From Octopus bimaculoides (taxonomy: Eukaryota), in contig NC_068983.1 in NCBI RefSeq assembly GCF_001194135.2, forward strand, positions 52,636,443 through 52,680,965: a stretch of 44,523 bases of DNA, given 5' to 3'. The notes below the pieces were generated by a model that was given only the letters and a program-made list of their open reading frames with translations, did not search any database and was not told the DNA's origin. Below are positions 1-11,470 of this stretch, one piece after another (positions within the stretch are counted from its first letter, which is position 1; every line of letters begins with the position of its first letter). The position numbers and the translations under genes are program-made.

Positions 1-19
1 GCACAAAAGGAAAAGATAG

Positions 20-1486
20 CTACTTACTGTTTGCAAGTTTTGTTTCCTCCTTGGATTTTTCACCAAAGAGGCTATTGTACAATTTCTTGGACAAATATTT
101 TTGACATTCCCCTACCGAGCTGGGGTAGAGGGATTTTATTTTGTGGTGCAATGCTGGTGATACATGATAAATTTTAATGTGTGTTGGCGGTGTTGTGTGT
201 GGGTGGTGGTTGGTTTTGATGTCGTTATTTGTGATGTTTGTTTTAGAGTTGATGTAATTCATCAACTCTGTGTTTGTACTGTCTATTGCTGTTAGCATTG
301 TTTTTTGCATATTACTATTGGTGTTAGGTGTATTTTCGGGAGATGTGAATCTCCCTGCTTTGTTTGTGTTTGCATTTTGTTTTGTTTTCTTCTTACTGCG
401 CTTCCTCTTTCCTTTCGTAGTTATTTTCCACTCCTCCCTACTCTCTTCATCCGATGATGAGAGTTCTGAGGAGTCAGAAAGAGGTAACGGCAAATTTTGT
501 GCGTCTGTATGTGTTTGTGTGAGTGTTTGTGTTGCTGTTTTTGTTGGTGTTGGCCGCTTGTTATTTGTGTGTGGTGTATGTGATATGGGGGAGGGGAGAG
601 GCAGTCTTGGAATTTTCTTTTTTTTCTCTTCTGTTTTTGCAGTTTCTGTTGTCTTTTCTGTTGTGGTTATTGCTGATATTTCTGTTGTTGTTTTTTGTGT
701 TGCTGGTGGTGTTGGTAGTAAAGTTTTTCTGTTGGGGGTATTTGGTAGTTGCTTCTGTTGTTGTTGTTGTTGCTTTTGTTTAGCGGCCAGAGGGCAGTCC
801 TTTTTCAGATGTGCCTCGCTGTTGCATAGGTAACAGCGAGGTCGCTTGCCCTCTACCACCACATACAGCTTGTGGTCCTCTGCTAGTCTAATGTTTGGAG
901 GAATTTTCTGTGAAGCCTCCTCCGTGATGTGGAGAAGGATTTCCAGATTTTTCCCTCCCCAGTTCTTTTCCTCTACGACCGTAATCTCCAAAATATTTGC
1001 CTCCTCCATTTCGAGGCATACGACCGATATCAGCCATTGGATGTCCACTTCCGATGGCACATTTTTTATTATTACTTTGGTCACTCTCTGTCCTAGATAA
1101 TTCGGTATCATCACCAAGTTATCTGTGCGGAGAGAGAGTGACGAAAATTGCTTAGCTAAATTTTCATTTAAGAATCTCACCTGTACCGTTACAAATTTTC
1201 GTCCCCACGTGACATAATTTTGATGAATCCATACAGGTCTAAGACAAACTTCGATCTTATCTGTGCTAAAATTTTCTACACGTCTGGTTTTTATGTTTAC
1301 CAGTTTATAAAGGATGCAATTTTTGTTATTTTCCATAATATCTTTTGGAATGTTTATTCTAACATCATCTCCTTCTTTCGTAAGAAGGGATTTTGTGTCT
1401 TTGATTTGTTGTTGTGTGAATGTTACTATTGTTCTTTTTTCCTTTAGAGCATTTGCGAAATTTGTTTTTGTTGTGCTGGCGGACAT
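20..1486 (-). CDS. Gag-like ORF1 protein of a non-LTR retrotransposon (L1/Tx1-like), with CCHC zinc knuckle
   Basis: Uninterrupted 488-aa ATG-started ORF. It has a CX2CX4HX4C knuckle CYLCNSEAHLKKDC at 794-835, preceded by an RRM-like segment (TKVIIKNVPSEVDIQWL) and followed by a Q/T/P/K-rich low-complexity tail. This layout is typical of L1/Tx1-clade ORF1p. Confidence 0.75.
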   Translation of the reverse strand: MSASTTKTNFANALKEKRTIVTFTQQQIKDTKSLLTKEGDDVRINIPKDIMENNKNCILYKLVNIKTRRVENFSTDKIEVCLRPVWIHQNYVTWGRKFVTVQVRFLNENLAKQFSSLSLRTDNLVMIPNYLGQRVTKVIIKNVPSEVDIQWLISVVCLEMEEANILEITVVEEKNWGGKNLEILLHITEEASQKIPPNIRLAEDHKLYVVVEGKRPRCYLCNSEAHLKKDCPLAAKQKQQQQQQKQLPNTPNRKTLLPTPPATQKTTTEISAITTTEKTTETAKTEEKKKKIPRLPLPSPISHTPHTNNKRPTPTKTATQTLTQTHTDAQNLPLPLSDSSELSSSDEESREEWKITTKGKRKRSKKKTKQNANTNKAGRFTSPENTPNTNSNMQKTMLTAIDSTNTELMNYINSKTNITNNDIKTNHHPHTTPPTHIKIYHVSPALHHKIKSLYPSSVGECQKYLSKKLYNSLFGEKSKEETKLANSK

Positions 1487-1506
1487 GTTCTTTTGAATAT
1501 TTTTGT

Positions 1507-1851
1507 TTATGTTGGTGTATGTACTGCCTGGTTCAAAGTGGCAGCAGAGTTTGTTGAACAGGTGATGGCGTCAGTGCTGATGGCCGATAACTTTGCGTCC
1601 TTGCTGTTGTTGTTGTTGTTGCTGGTGGTGGTGATGGTGGTGGTGGCGGTGTTAATTTTCATGTTGTTGTCACTGGTGTTAGTAGATGGAGAGACTGCGT
1701 TAGTAGCAGTCGCCTCCGATCCAGATTTCCTCATAGTTTTCATGGTGGTGGTGGTGGTGAGAGGGCTGTTAGTCTTTGTGACGTTTACAGCAACTGCGTT
1801 CCTGTCACTGTGTGAGCACGTGCTACTCTGCTCTTTTTTCTCTTCTGGCAT
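1507..1851 (-). other. Upstream T/N/S-rich ORF (MPEEKKEQ...HTPT), 114 aa from ATG; uORF or frameshifted N-terminus of ORF1
   Basis: ATG at 1851-1849 and TAA at 1509-1507. Composition resembles the ORF1 tail. The ORF1 frame is open upstream of its ATG as far as a TGA at 1573-1571, so the two open frames overlap. Confidence 0.35.
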
Positions 1852-2053
1852 CTGAAGCCTCGGGAAATGCTCATCAAAAGAACAAGACAAGCGTTCCAAA
1901 ATTATGTTGGGGGCCAATTCCTGCCCTTGAAAATACACAAAAATGAAGCTTAGGTGCTTCGCAACAAAAATATTAAAAAATTCCAACAAAATGTGGACAA
2001 TAAAAGGTCAAATAAACGTTTACCTCTGCAGCTGATATGACAGCGCGTCCGTC

Positions 2054-2192
<139 letters not shown>

Positions 2193-2507
2193 TAATAGGC
2201 GTTTAAAATCTTTGATATTCGCTATAAAATTATGATGAAAGAGAATTTATCAAAGTTTCCTTCTGCAATATAATGATATTCTGTTTTCTATATTAGTATT
2301 GTGTTAAACTGATATAATTACTATTAAGCACTAATCCGCCAAATTCAACATCACACACTAAACTGACTAACTCGTTTGTTTTGTTGAGTGTGTCGAGTAT
2401 CTATGTAAACTTAGTCTCTTTCCGAGCCACTTCAGACTAGTATCATCCATGTTGGCTTTGCGAGCAGAAGGTCATAAAATGGCTGAATAAAATATAGATG
2501 GGTAAAT

Positions 2508-2675
2508 ATGGTTGTGTAGTTGGCAAGCTTGCTTTTGCAACCTTGTGTCTTCGGGATCGTTCCCACTGCGCGGCACCTTGGACAAGTGTCATATTTTTTT
2601 TTCTTTCACAATAGCCCCGGAGCCGACCAATGCCTTGTGAGTGAATCTGGCAGGCGGAAACTGTGTGGGAGATCG

Positions 2676-2755
<80 letters not shown>

Positions 2756-3136
2756 AGAGACAGACAGACAGACAAATAAATAGACAGACAGACAGACAAA
2801 TAGATAGACAGACAGAGACACTGTGATAGATAGATACATAGATAGATACATACATACATACATACATACATACATACATACATACATACATACATACATA
2901 CATACATACATAAAGATGTATGTATGCGTACTCGTATGTTTGCATTTCTTCCCACCACCTCAACTTGACATCGCTGTTGGTTTGTTTACGATCGCGCAAC
3001 TTACTGATTCAGCAAAATATACGGGCAGAATAAATACCGGAATAAAGTAAGCACTAGAGTCGATTTATTCGACTAAACAATTGAAAGTGATGCCCCAGCA
3101 TGGCCACAATCTAATGACTGAAGCAAAGAAAAGAGT
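2508..3136 (+). mobile_element. SINE family A (tRNA-like head, GCACCTTGG-CAAGTGTC core, internal microsatellite, 3' module ending ATGACTGAA...AAAAGAG)
   Basis: Head 2508-2676 and tail about 2940-3136 align by eye with the copy at 4433-4867. The internal (TA)(GA)(GACA)(TACA) compound repeat spans 2677-2915. Confidence 0.85.
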
Positions 3137-3739
3137 TATTGCCTAAGAGTAATATATCTTCAGTCGCATTATCGACTGTGTAAAATTTCTGGCCGTGTTA
3201 ATGTTAGAATCAATATACCACAGACGCTATGGCGCTATTTGTCGAAAGGGAATGGGTTAATAAAATTCAGTATTAACATGTTAAAGACAGTGAAGATTGT
3301 TAAAACGCTTACTAACTTTTAGGTTTTAAATTTATGGCTTGAAGTGTAAATTAACGTTGCTTTCTTGCGTCTGTAGAATACCTTGGTAGAAGAAAGAGTC
3401 GATATCACGACTCCAACCCTTCGCTGGTACCTATTTTATCTTCTTCAGAATCATAAAAGGAAAGGCGTTTAGTTACTAAATACCGGCTGGCATTGTGGCC
3501 GATGCTCTAACGATTATTTTCACCAGTCAAAAATTTTAAATTAATGTTAAAAGATGATATCGATTCTAACCGCAGGCATAGAAGAAAAAAAACACAGCTC
3601 TATGATTTCTCTAACTGGGAGGTTTGAAAGGTTTTCATTAAAATTTGTAACATATCAAATAGTAAGCTATCAATTACAGACTGTCATTCAAAAAGAAAGA
3701 TAACAGAGGAAATTATAAAACTTTATTTTTCAAATTAAT

Positions 3740-5800
3740 TTACTATCAAACCAGGCAGATTCTCTGGAAATTCTATGCCTATTCTAAATTCAGGAAGCAA
3801 ATTCCGCAGCTTCTGCAATCGGATTTATTTTGTCTGTCCGTTCTTTGTGAAATGAAAATATAGACAGATAATTCAATCAGTCTTGTGTCATTCTTGACCG
3901 AAGACATGTCTTTAATCGTTTTGCCAAGGAATATATTCGTTCAGCCGCAGCAGATGTTGTAGGATTTACCAGTAAAAGTTGGCAAGTTGTACAAATCTCT
4001 GTTATTAGGTGTTTGTCATCCGCTGTTATTCATTCAGATAGTCTACAATATCAGCCAAACACAGAAACTTCAAATGCCGGAAGTTCAGCTATCAAAGAAT
4101 TAATATCAATGTCATCAGCGTATCATTCCTTAATAAAATTGATTTCTTATCAAGTTTTCTCTTTGTTGGTCGACTTTATAAGAAAAATCTCCAGAGTTGA
4201 ATACATCATGAGACTCACTGCTCAAAAGCGCTGCTTTATAGAAAAGTTTACAGTATTTACCTTAAAAAATATGCGTCTGTAATGGTCTTGGGTCGCTGAC
4301 GAAAAGCTATCTTCCCCAATTCCTCTTTCGATTTTTCTAAAGACCTATTTCTTCTCTACTAATACAGGCTCTGTGATGAAATACTCTGTTCCTGCCTTCC
4401 ACACAATATCATCGAAGACTTTAAAATGATTCGCAGGAGTGGCTGTGTGGTAAGTAGCTTGCTTACCAACCACATGGCTCTGGGTTCAGTCCCACTGCAT
4501 GGCACCTTGGGAAAGTGTCTTCTACTATAGCTTCGGGCCGACCAAAGTCTTGTGAGTGGATTTCGCAGAAAGAAACAGAAAGAAGCCCGTCGTATATATG
4601 TATGTGTGTGTGTGTGTGTGTTTCCCCCCAACACCGCTTGACAACCGATGCTGATGTGATTACGTCTCCGTAACTCAGTGGTTCAGCAAAAGAGACCGAT
4701 AGAATAAGTACTAGGCTTACAAAAAATAAGTCCTGAGTTCGATTTGCTCGACTAAAGGCGGTGCTCCAGNNNNNNNNNNAAGTCCTGAGTTCGATTTGCT
4801 CGACTAAAGGCGGTGCTCCAGCATGGCTGCAGTCAAATGACTGAAACAAGTAAAAGAGTAAAAGAGTATTCCGTCTATTTTTCAAAATTTGTTTAGAGGT
4901 TTCAGCCTTCTGTCTATTTCTTGCTCACATTCATCTGTTTACCTTGACTTTAGTCATTTGTCTGTATATAATTATAAGAACTGGCCGAGATTTTAGCCTA
5001 TGAAGACATAAGCTTTTCTTTTTGAGGATAACATCCATCTTATACAGTCTCTAACTTCGATATCATATGTGACAGCTCGCATTCTTACCAGCACTCTTAC
5101 AGAACCGAAAAGCTATCAAATAGTCTTTGAAGTTTAGCAGCGCGTATTGTACGTGAAGTAAGCACTCAAAGTTAAGATACAAGTAGGCGTTGGTTTGTTT
5201 TCAGACATTGATATTCTATTTCCAATTCACCAAATGGATCCTCTAGCTTAGATGAATACTTCCTTAGCGCAGAAGACTCCTGACTGTTATTCACCATGTC
5301 AAACATTATTGTCACACATTGTATTGTTGCATTGTAGTTTCCATCACTCACTGATATTTAAAGAATGTACATGACAATATGTAGCTTAAGCCTTCGATTG
5401 AATGATTCCAAACGTTTAAGCACAACAGAAGTTTTCCAAGAATGTTGCTCAACTCCGTTAAATTATACTCCTTGATATTTACATGAATATATTTACAGTC
5501 CTGTGAACGCACCAATAACTAAAAATATTACTTCAACAATAAATCCTTGAAATTCGTCACTGGCCACAAACAGGTTTCCGACTGAGTGAACACTTAATAA
5601 AGTTGGTCTTTGTTGGATGAATCGGTATAGTTCTCAGCAAATAGGTGAAGCAATAGTTTGTATCTACTTCACCATGTAAATATCTCATAACGAAATCATT
5701 TGTTGTTGTTCTTTCGTGTGAAAGAGCATTTCCAAATTTGGAATCGAGATCAAGTTGATGCATGTCTCACCAGTTTCAAGAATTGCTTCATATTCTGCCA
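3740..5800 (-). pseudogene. Degraded hAT-superfamily (Tip100/ZMYM1-like) transposase, interrupted by a SINE
   Basis: Minus-strand translation gives the hAT dimerisation domain LLLVNPTTSAAAERIYSLAKRLKTCLRSRMTQD*LNYLSIFSFHKERTDK (about 3780-3990). Also QDHYRRIFF...IKQRF (about 4230-4290), RTIRAAKLQRLFDSFSVL*ECW (about 5080-5160, RW-motif region), YCHVHSLN (about 5360-5385, CxxH region) and DEFQGF (about 5545). Multiple stops and frameshifts. Confidence 0.8.
4433..4867 (+). mobile_element. SINE family A, near-complete young copy, with 4-bp target duplication ATTC
   Basis: A-box-like TGGCTGTGTGGTAAG and B-box-like GGGTTCAGTCCC in the head, internal (TA)/(GT) repeat, tail GTAAAAGAGTAAAAGAGT. ATTC occurs at 4429-4432 and 4868-4871. 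Confidence 0.92.
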
Positions 5801-7089
5801 GCATCAAATTGTCCGAATGTACTAGGCAAAGTGGCCCTTAATTTACATTTATATATTTAGCATACAGGGTGGGGTCACGATTTCGCCATCGATACAACTT
5901 AGTCGCTGTTCCCTTGTGACCTGATCTTGGCCTATTTGCATTTATCCACTGCTTTTTTGCTTAAACGAGAGAAACCGGGGCCAAATCTCTGTCACTGCTG
6001 AAAGAATGCTCCCGCTATTCGACCCCATGGTATTTCTCAATGTTTAAGCTTTATTGAGACAACGAAGCCAAAACTATTGCAAAATAGCCATCAATCGCAC
6101 TTGCATTTCTGTTGTACAATCTGTTTCAGTAACCCCCGAAGAGGAGCCGTTTTAGATTAAAAATAAAATACTATCATTTTTTTTTTCTCTTGTTTCGAAT
6201 CGTTGAGAATAGCTGAAATTATCTAACCATGTTAAACAGTTTTTAAAACAAAACAAAATATTTTCACAAGAATCATTCGACATTTTAGTGAATTATTTTA
6301 AGCTGATAATCCAGATTTTTAACATTTTCTGTTCTATTGTACTACATATATAAACACTTAAGTAAATTAAAATCTGTAACCTGGAATAATGATTTTAATA
6401 CTAATTTGTGTTTATTTCTTAAATTTTTACTCTATTGAATCCACACAACTTTTGTGATATCAATTATTAAAATTCGTTAGAACATTTTTTTTTACCTAAA
6501 ACAACGTACCTCAGCTGAATCAAGTGATGTTTTACCAAAGTTGTGTCTGTAGCTACATACTGAAATGTAGAAGGTAATGTGTGATTATTATTGTTAGTTA
6601 TATTACTTAATAAAACTCATGTTTAAAACAACGTTAACAGAGCTTTTGATCAAGAAAATTATCCAAAGCTAATATTGATTTTACATATTTGCAAAATATG
6701 TCTGGCTCATTTCAAAAGACCTTCGTTGGAGTTCCTTTTGACTTTATTACACATCATTAATCAAATCTCAGTTACAGTATGGATATGTCATGGAAAATAT
6801 AATTATACATGGTATTTTTTTTTTAATTCTGACTATACCATATAGATATTTTTTTTTCCACAATGATATATTATGTTGTTTAGTTTTCTTTCTTTTGTTC
6901 TTCATTAACATCGCATGACGTATTTGAAATCAGTAAAACAATTTTTTTCATATGAAAAAAAGTTATTCAGGTCCGAAAGGGTTAACTGATAAGCAAAAAT
7001 AGATTAAGAATCGATATGACTAACATGTTTATCTCTTCGCTTGCTACTAGTACTTGTCATAAGCCCAAATTGAATAAACGTCTCTGTTG

Positions 7090-7530
7090 TAAACACTTAC
7101 TTATCACTATGCGGCATCTCCACACTTATGAATTCACATTCTCAAGGAAATGGAGGGAACAGCATTTCATATTCGAGCTTGGTGCCATGTCCCCGACAAA
7201 TTTACACTTTTCCTTCTACTCCTATACCAGCGCTTATTTCATTAAACACTTTCTTATCCATCAACACTTCACTCACCTCATCTCTTTCCTTCACCTCACT
7301 CCCAATTTCACACGCATCACTTCCACATTCCATTCTTCTTTCTTCCTGCTTCTTTCTACAAACCACTCTTTGTTCCCGTACAAAGATCCCGTGGCCCTGC
7401 GTTCCTTATCAGTTGCAGCCAGCCTTTCTAACTTAGTCATTGTAAAGCTTTGCTGTCTCTCATTACTCCTGCCAACATTTCTCTGAAGACGAACTCTATC
7501 CGAAACGTTGGAATTTCCACTCCCCACAAC
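7090..7530 (+). mobile_element. Penelope-like element 3' end (GIY-YIG C-terminus + pyrimidine-rich pseudo-LTR region)
   Basis: RKWREQHFIFELGAMSPTNLHFSF (7145-7220) matches the RKxRE..IFxLGTLxPxGLNxxF end of PLE GIY-YIG nucleases. It is followed by a C/T-rich tract and a CTGAAGA...CGAAACGTT motif. Confidence 0.7.
7478..7513 (+). ncRNA. Degenerate minimal type I hammerhead ribozyme-like motif
   Basis: Core boxes CTGAAGA (7483-7489) and GAAA (7502-7505), palindromic stem III AACGTT, and stem I TTCT (7479-7482) pairing with GGAA (7510-7513). Stem II is mismatched. PLEs are known to carry such minimal hammerheads. Confidence 0.5.
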
Positions 7531-8380
7531 AGTGTCATTGTATATTTTTTATGTATTTTATTAATTAAACTGATACAGATTTTATGGAATTTATTAATTA
7601 AAGTATTCTAGAATAGCAGAAACAGTATGATATAGTCTTTCACTTTCTATAATGAAAGTATTGTCACTTTCTCACAATACACAATATTTTCGCTTCAAAC
7701 GACGAGTAGGTACACAAAATATAATTGTAGAAATATATTGTTTGTACGTGGAATGACATTTTCATCCATAAAAATAAACTAAGAGCATCTGAAATTTCAC
7801 AGAAACATTCTTATGATTTTTCTTGCCGTTGTGTATAAGCGTTTTTCTTAATGTTTTCAATTTAAATCATGCCTAGGTACATAAATATCAATACATTAAT
7901 ACAAATATAGAAATATATATATTTCATTTGCACTCGAAACCTTTTACATTTGTAATAACATTTTCAGCCTTAAAAACATAGAACAACAAGATTTTGAAAT
8001 TTCAAAAGAAAAGAAAACAATACTTGTGTTCTCATTATGGAATATACATTACGTTCATCATTTTTCTCATGTATTCACCAATAGAAAAGAATGTAAAACA
8101 ATAATACTTTTTTTTTCCTCATCTTTCACACATGCACATATCTTTCCACGGGCAAATATGTGCAACCACTATAGCCTATTTCAACATTACTAATTATCTA
8201 ATTCTGTTAGCTATGAGTACTACTATCCAGCTTACGGTTTCTAACTGCTGTAGTACCATAAACCTTGCTACCTGACTTAAAATATTAAATTGTACTTTAT
8301 AGAAAATCCTGCCAAAGTAAACTTTATCTTGCGTTCTGTCCAAGTCGATCAAATAAAGTACCAGTCAACCTTCTTCCCAT

Positions 8381-8635
8381 GTGGAAGCCCGTGGTGAGTG
8401 GCTAGGGCGTTGGACTCATGATCGTAAGATTGGAGTTTCGATTCCTGAACGAAGCGGTGCCTTGTGTTCTTGAGCAAAATACTTCATTTCCTGTTATACC
8501 AGTCTACTCATTTGGCAGAAATGAGTAATCCTGCGACTGACCGGCGTTCCGTCCATAGAAGAAATATATGCGCCACAGAAACAGGGAAACTGGCCTTTAT
8601 GTGTCTATATGACTCGAAAAGGATCTTTATCCTTT
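8381..8635 (+). mobile_element. SINE family D (tRNA-like head + TGTGTTCTTGAGCAAAA CORE/Meta-like domain)
   Basis: Head TGG..AGTGG-TAGGG..TTGGACTCATGATC...GTTTCGATTCCTG is shared with 11261-11470 and 22246-22382. Confidence 0.8.
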
Positions 8636-8679
8636 TAACCCGGAACTCCCTTCTCTAAAATCAGAAAGTAGGGCAATCG

Positions 8680-9150
8680 AGAAATGGCTTTATTAACTTT
8701 GCTCCAGTTCTTTTACGATCTGAGTTCAAGTCCTGCATAGGTCAAATTTATTTTTCATCCTCGAACACATAAAGTACCAGTTATGTACTGAGGTCGATGT
8801 TATCAACCAAACCCTTCATTCAAAATTTTTAGCTTTGTGTCTAAACAAAGTTGGTATAATCGTTAGAGCATCGCGGAAGATGGCTTGTGGAATCTGTTCC
8901 AACTCTTTCCGCTTCGAGTGAAACTTCGTCAGGGTCAAAGATTGACAGAGTCATTACAGTGATGCCAAAACAATTGATTTACGATCCTTCTTCCGGCTCC
9001 CTACGTTCCGAGTTCAAATCCCAGCGAGGTCAACTTCGCCTTTCACCTTTAGAAATCAATAAAATAAAGCAACTAGCAGCTAAGCATTAGGATTCGATGG
9101 TATCAACTAACCCCGATTCCCTCATAATCTCTGGTCTTGTGACTAAATCC
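8680..9150 (+). mobile_element. Two old SINE family B fragments
   Basis: Degenerate TCTGAGTTCAA...GGTCAA...TTTCATCC...AAGTACCAG...GGTCGAT motifs at about 8715-8850 and 9000-9150. Confidence 0.6.
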
Positions 9151-9458
9151 GTAATCATTTTTATAAAAATTATATTAGGACTCCTCTAGTTTCCACGTCA
9201 CTACCACGATCCCTGTATCGAAAAAAAAAGGGTATTGTACAGCCTTAAATTACACCCCATCTGCATGGCAACGCTGACACATTTTCATGGCCTGTTTGCT
9301 TTAAGTTCACTTCGTTGACGCTGTTTATGCCATCGGGAAACACATGATCTCCATAGCAATTACCGTTTTTCCTCCCATAAAATATATAGCTGTCCTGTCT
9401 AGTCACAAATGCTATCAAATATTTCTAAAACTTCCTTGCCAATATTATATCGATGCGA

Positions 9459-9672
<214 letters not shown>

Positions 9673-9867
9673 AAATACTAATACATACATATAAATACTC
9701 ATATAATATTGTAATATGCCTTGTATACATATATGTTGTCACTTAATGACAGCCAGCAGTATGGAAATCGCTATTTCCCGTTAGCAACTGTTTTACATTT
9801 CATAGACAGAGCTTCTTTATAAAAATGGAACAGTGAATACGATCAATGATACAGGATCAATGAGATG

Positions 9868-10072
9868 GACATAACACAGATTCAATATGATTAGTCGGTT
9901 TATAATGATTCCGACGAAGCTGGACCGAGACTGGAAATGTATGCCACTTGAATATATAAACAAGTTTAGCAAACATTGGACAGATTATTAACCTTATTTC
10001 CCTTTCTATACAGGTTGTGATGCATATATATATACGCGTGATATATATATACATACATACATACGTACTGAC

Positions 10073-10127
<55 letters not shown>

Positions 10128-10582
10128 NNNNNNNNNNNNNNNNNNNNNNNNNNNNNNNNNNNNNNNNNNNNNNNNNNNNNNNNNNNNNNNNNNNNNNNNN
10201 NNNNNNNNNNNNNNNNNNNNNNNNNNNNNNNNNNNNNNNNNNNNNNNNNNNNNNNNNNNNNNNNNNNNNNNNNNNNNNNNNNNNNNNNNNNNNNNNNNNN
10301 NNNNNNNNNNNNNNNNNNNNNNNNNNNNNNNNNNNNNNNNNNNNNNNNNNNNNNNNNNNNNNNNNNNNNNNNNNNNNNNNNNNNNNNNNNGACATAACAC
10401 AGATTCAATATGATTAGTCGGTTTATAATGATTCCGACGAAGCTGGACCGAGACTGGAAATGTATGCCACTTGAATATATAAACAAGTTTAGCAAACATT
10501 GGACAGATTATTAACCTTATTTCCCTTTCTATACAGGTTGTGATGCATATATATATACGCGTGATATATATATACATACACA
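9868..10582 (+). repeat. About 190-bp direct duplication flanking (CA)n and an N gap
   Basis: 9868-about 10055 is repeated essentially identically at 10391-about 10582, starting at the first base after the gap; probably an assembly artefact. Confidence 0.9.
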
Positions 10583-11260
10583 TATATGTTAAATAAAATG
10601 AGACAAGAAAGCCAAGGCTACAGTTCTATATTTAAGAGATGAGGAATTATGTACATTATTTACATTATTTACATTCGACGGATATTTGTCCTCATCTTGT
10701 TTGTTGTTAACACAACGTTTCGGCTGATATACCCTCCAGCCTTCTTTAGGTGTTTTATGGAAATTTCAAACCTGGGTTCTCATTCCTAAGGTATTCTTCG
10801 ATGTTGAAGCTCTCTGCTTTCGGGTCCAATCCTAAAACACAGCACCTTTAGCAAGTGTCTTCCACTATAGCCACTGGCCAGTCAATATCTCGTGTCTGAA
10901 TTTGGTAACTCAGCTTCTCACATGAGAAACCGATAAAATACGTTCTAGACTTTAAGCGGTATGTACGTATGAATGTATGGAAGTATGATGTATGTGAATA
11001 TGTGGCATGTAAGCACTGAACTCGCCGAATTTAATAATAAATTTAAGGTACTTTTTATTTGAGCACATAAAAATTTTTTACATGGAAAATTCTGACAGTG
11101 ACTTCGCAGTTTCGGTTTACTAAACATCTGCCAGTGTCTGAAGACCGAAGTAAATCGCAGTCTTATGGCGACTATTAGGCTGAAACTTCCAAGTCGGCAC
11201 GAGGAACTGAAGTGGGATAGCAAATTAAATTGATCGTACAATATATATATGTGCGTGTAT

Positions 11261-11470
11261 GTGAAGGCACATGGCGCAGTGGTTAGGATCTTGGACTCAT
11301 GATCTTATGATTGTGGTTTCAATTTCTGGTCTTGATGATATGTTGTATCCTTGAGCAAAACACTTCATTTCACGTTGCTCCAATCTACTCAACAGTTAAA
11401 AATGAGTTATCCGTGGGTGGATGGATGGATGGACCGGCGTCCCGTCCAGCGTGGTGGTGTTGGTGGAGAT
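11261..11470 (+). mobile_element. SINE family D
   Basis: Begins GTGAAGGCACATGGCGCAGTGGTTAGG; B-box-like GGTTTCAATTTCT; core TCCTTGAGCAAAACACTTCATTTCACGTTGCTCCA. Confidence 0.82.

Larger units (their letters stand above)
1..2053 (-). mobile_element. 5' portion of a probable L1/Tx1-clade non-LTR retrotransposon (5' leader + ORF1; ORF2 expected off-window to the left)
   Basis: ORF1-like CDS plus upstream leader; unique sequence stops abruptly at the (AGAT)n tract beginning at 2054. No RT is visible in the window, so the clade is inferred from ORF1 only. Confidence 0.6.

Noticed and set aside
270-1855. Plus-strand hydrophobic ORFs (187, 86, 84, 120 aa)
   Set aside because: Antisense shadows of the A/C-rich minus-strand ORF1 and leader; no independent motif.
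2443-3050. ORFs rich in YI/CV/HT/MYVC repeats here and at 9.3-10.6, 15.7-18.4, 19.8-21.4 and 28.5-29.5 kb
   Set aside because: Translations of di- and tetranucleotide microsatellites and N runs.
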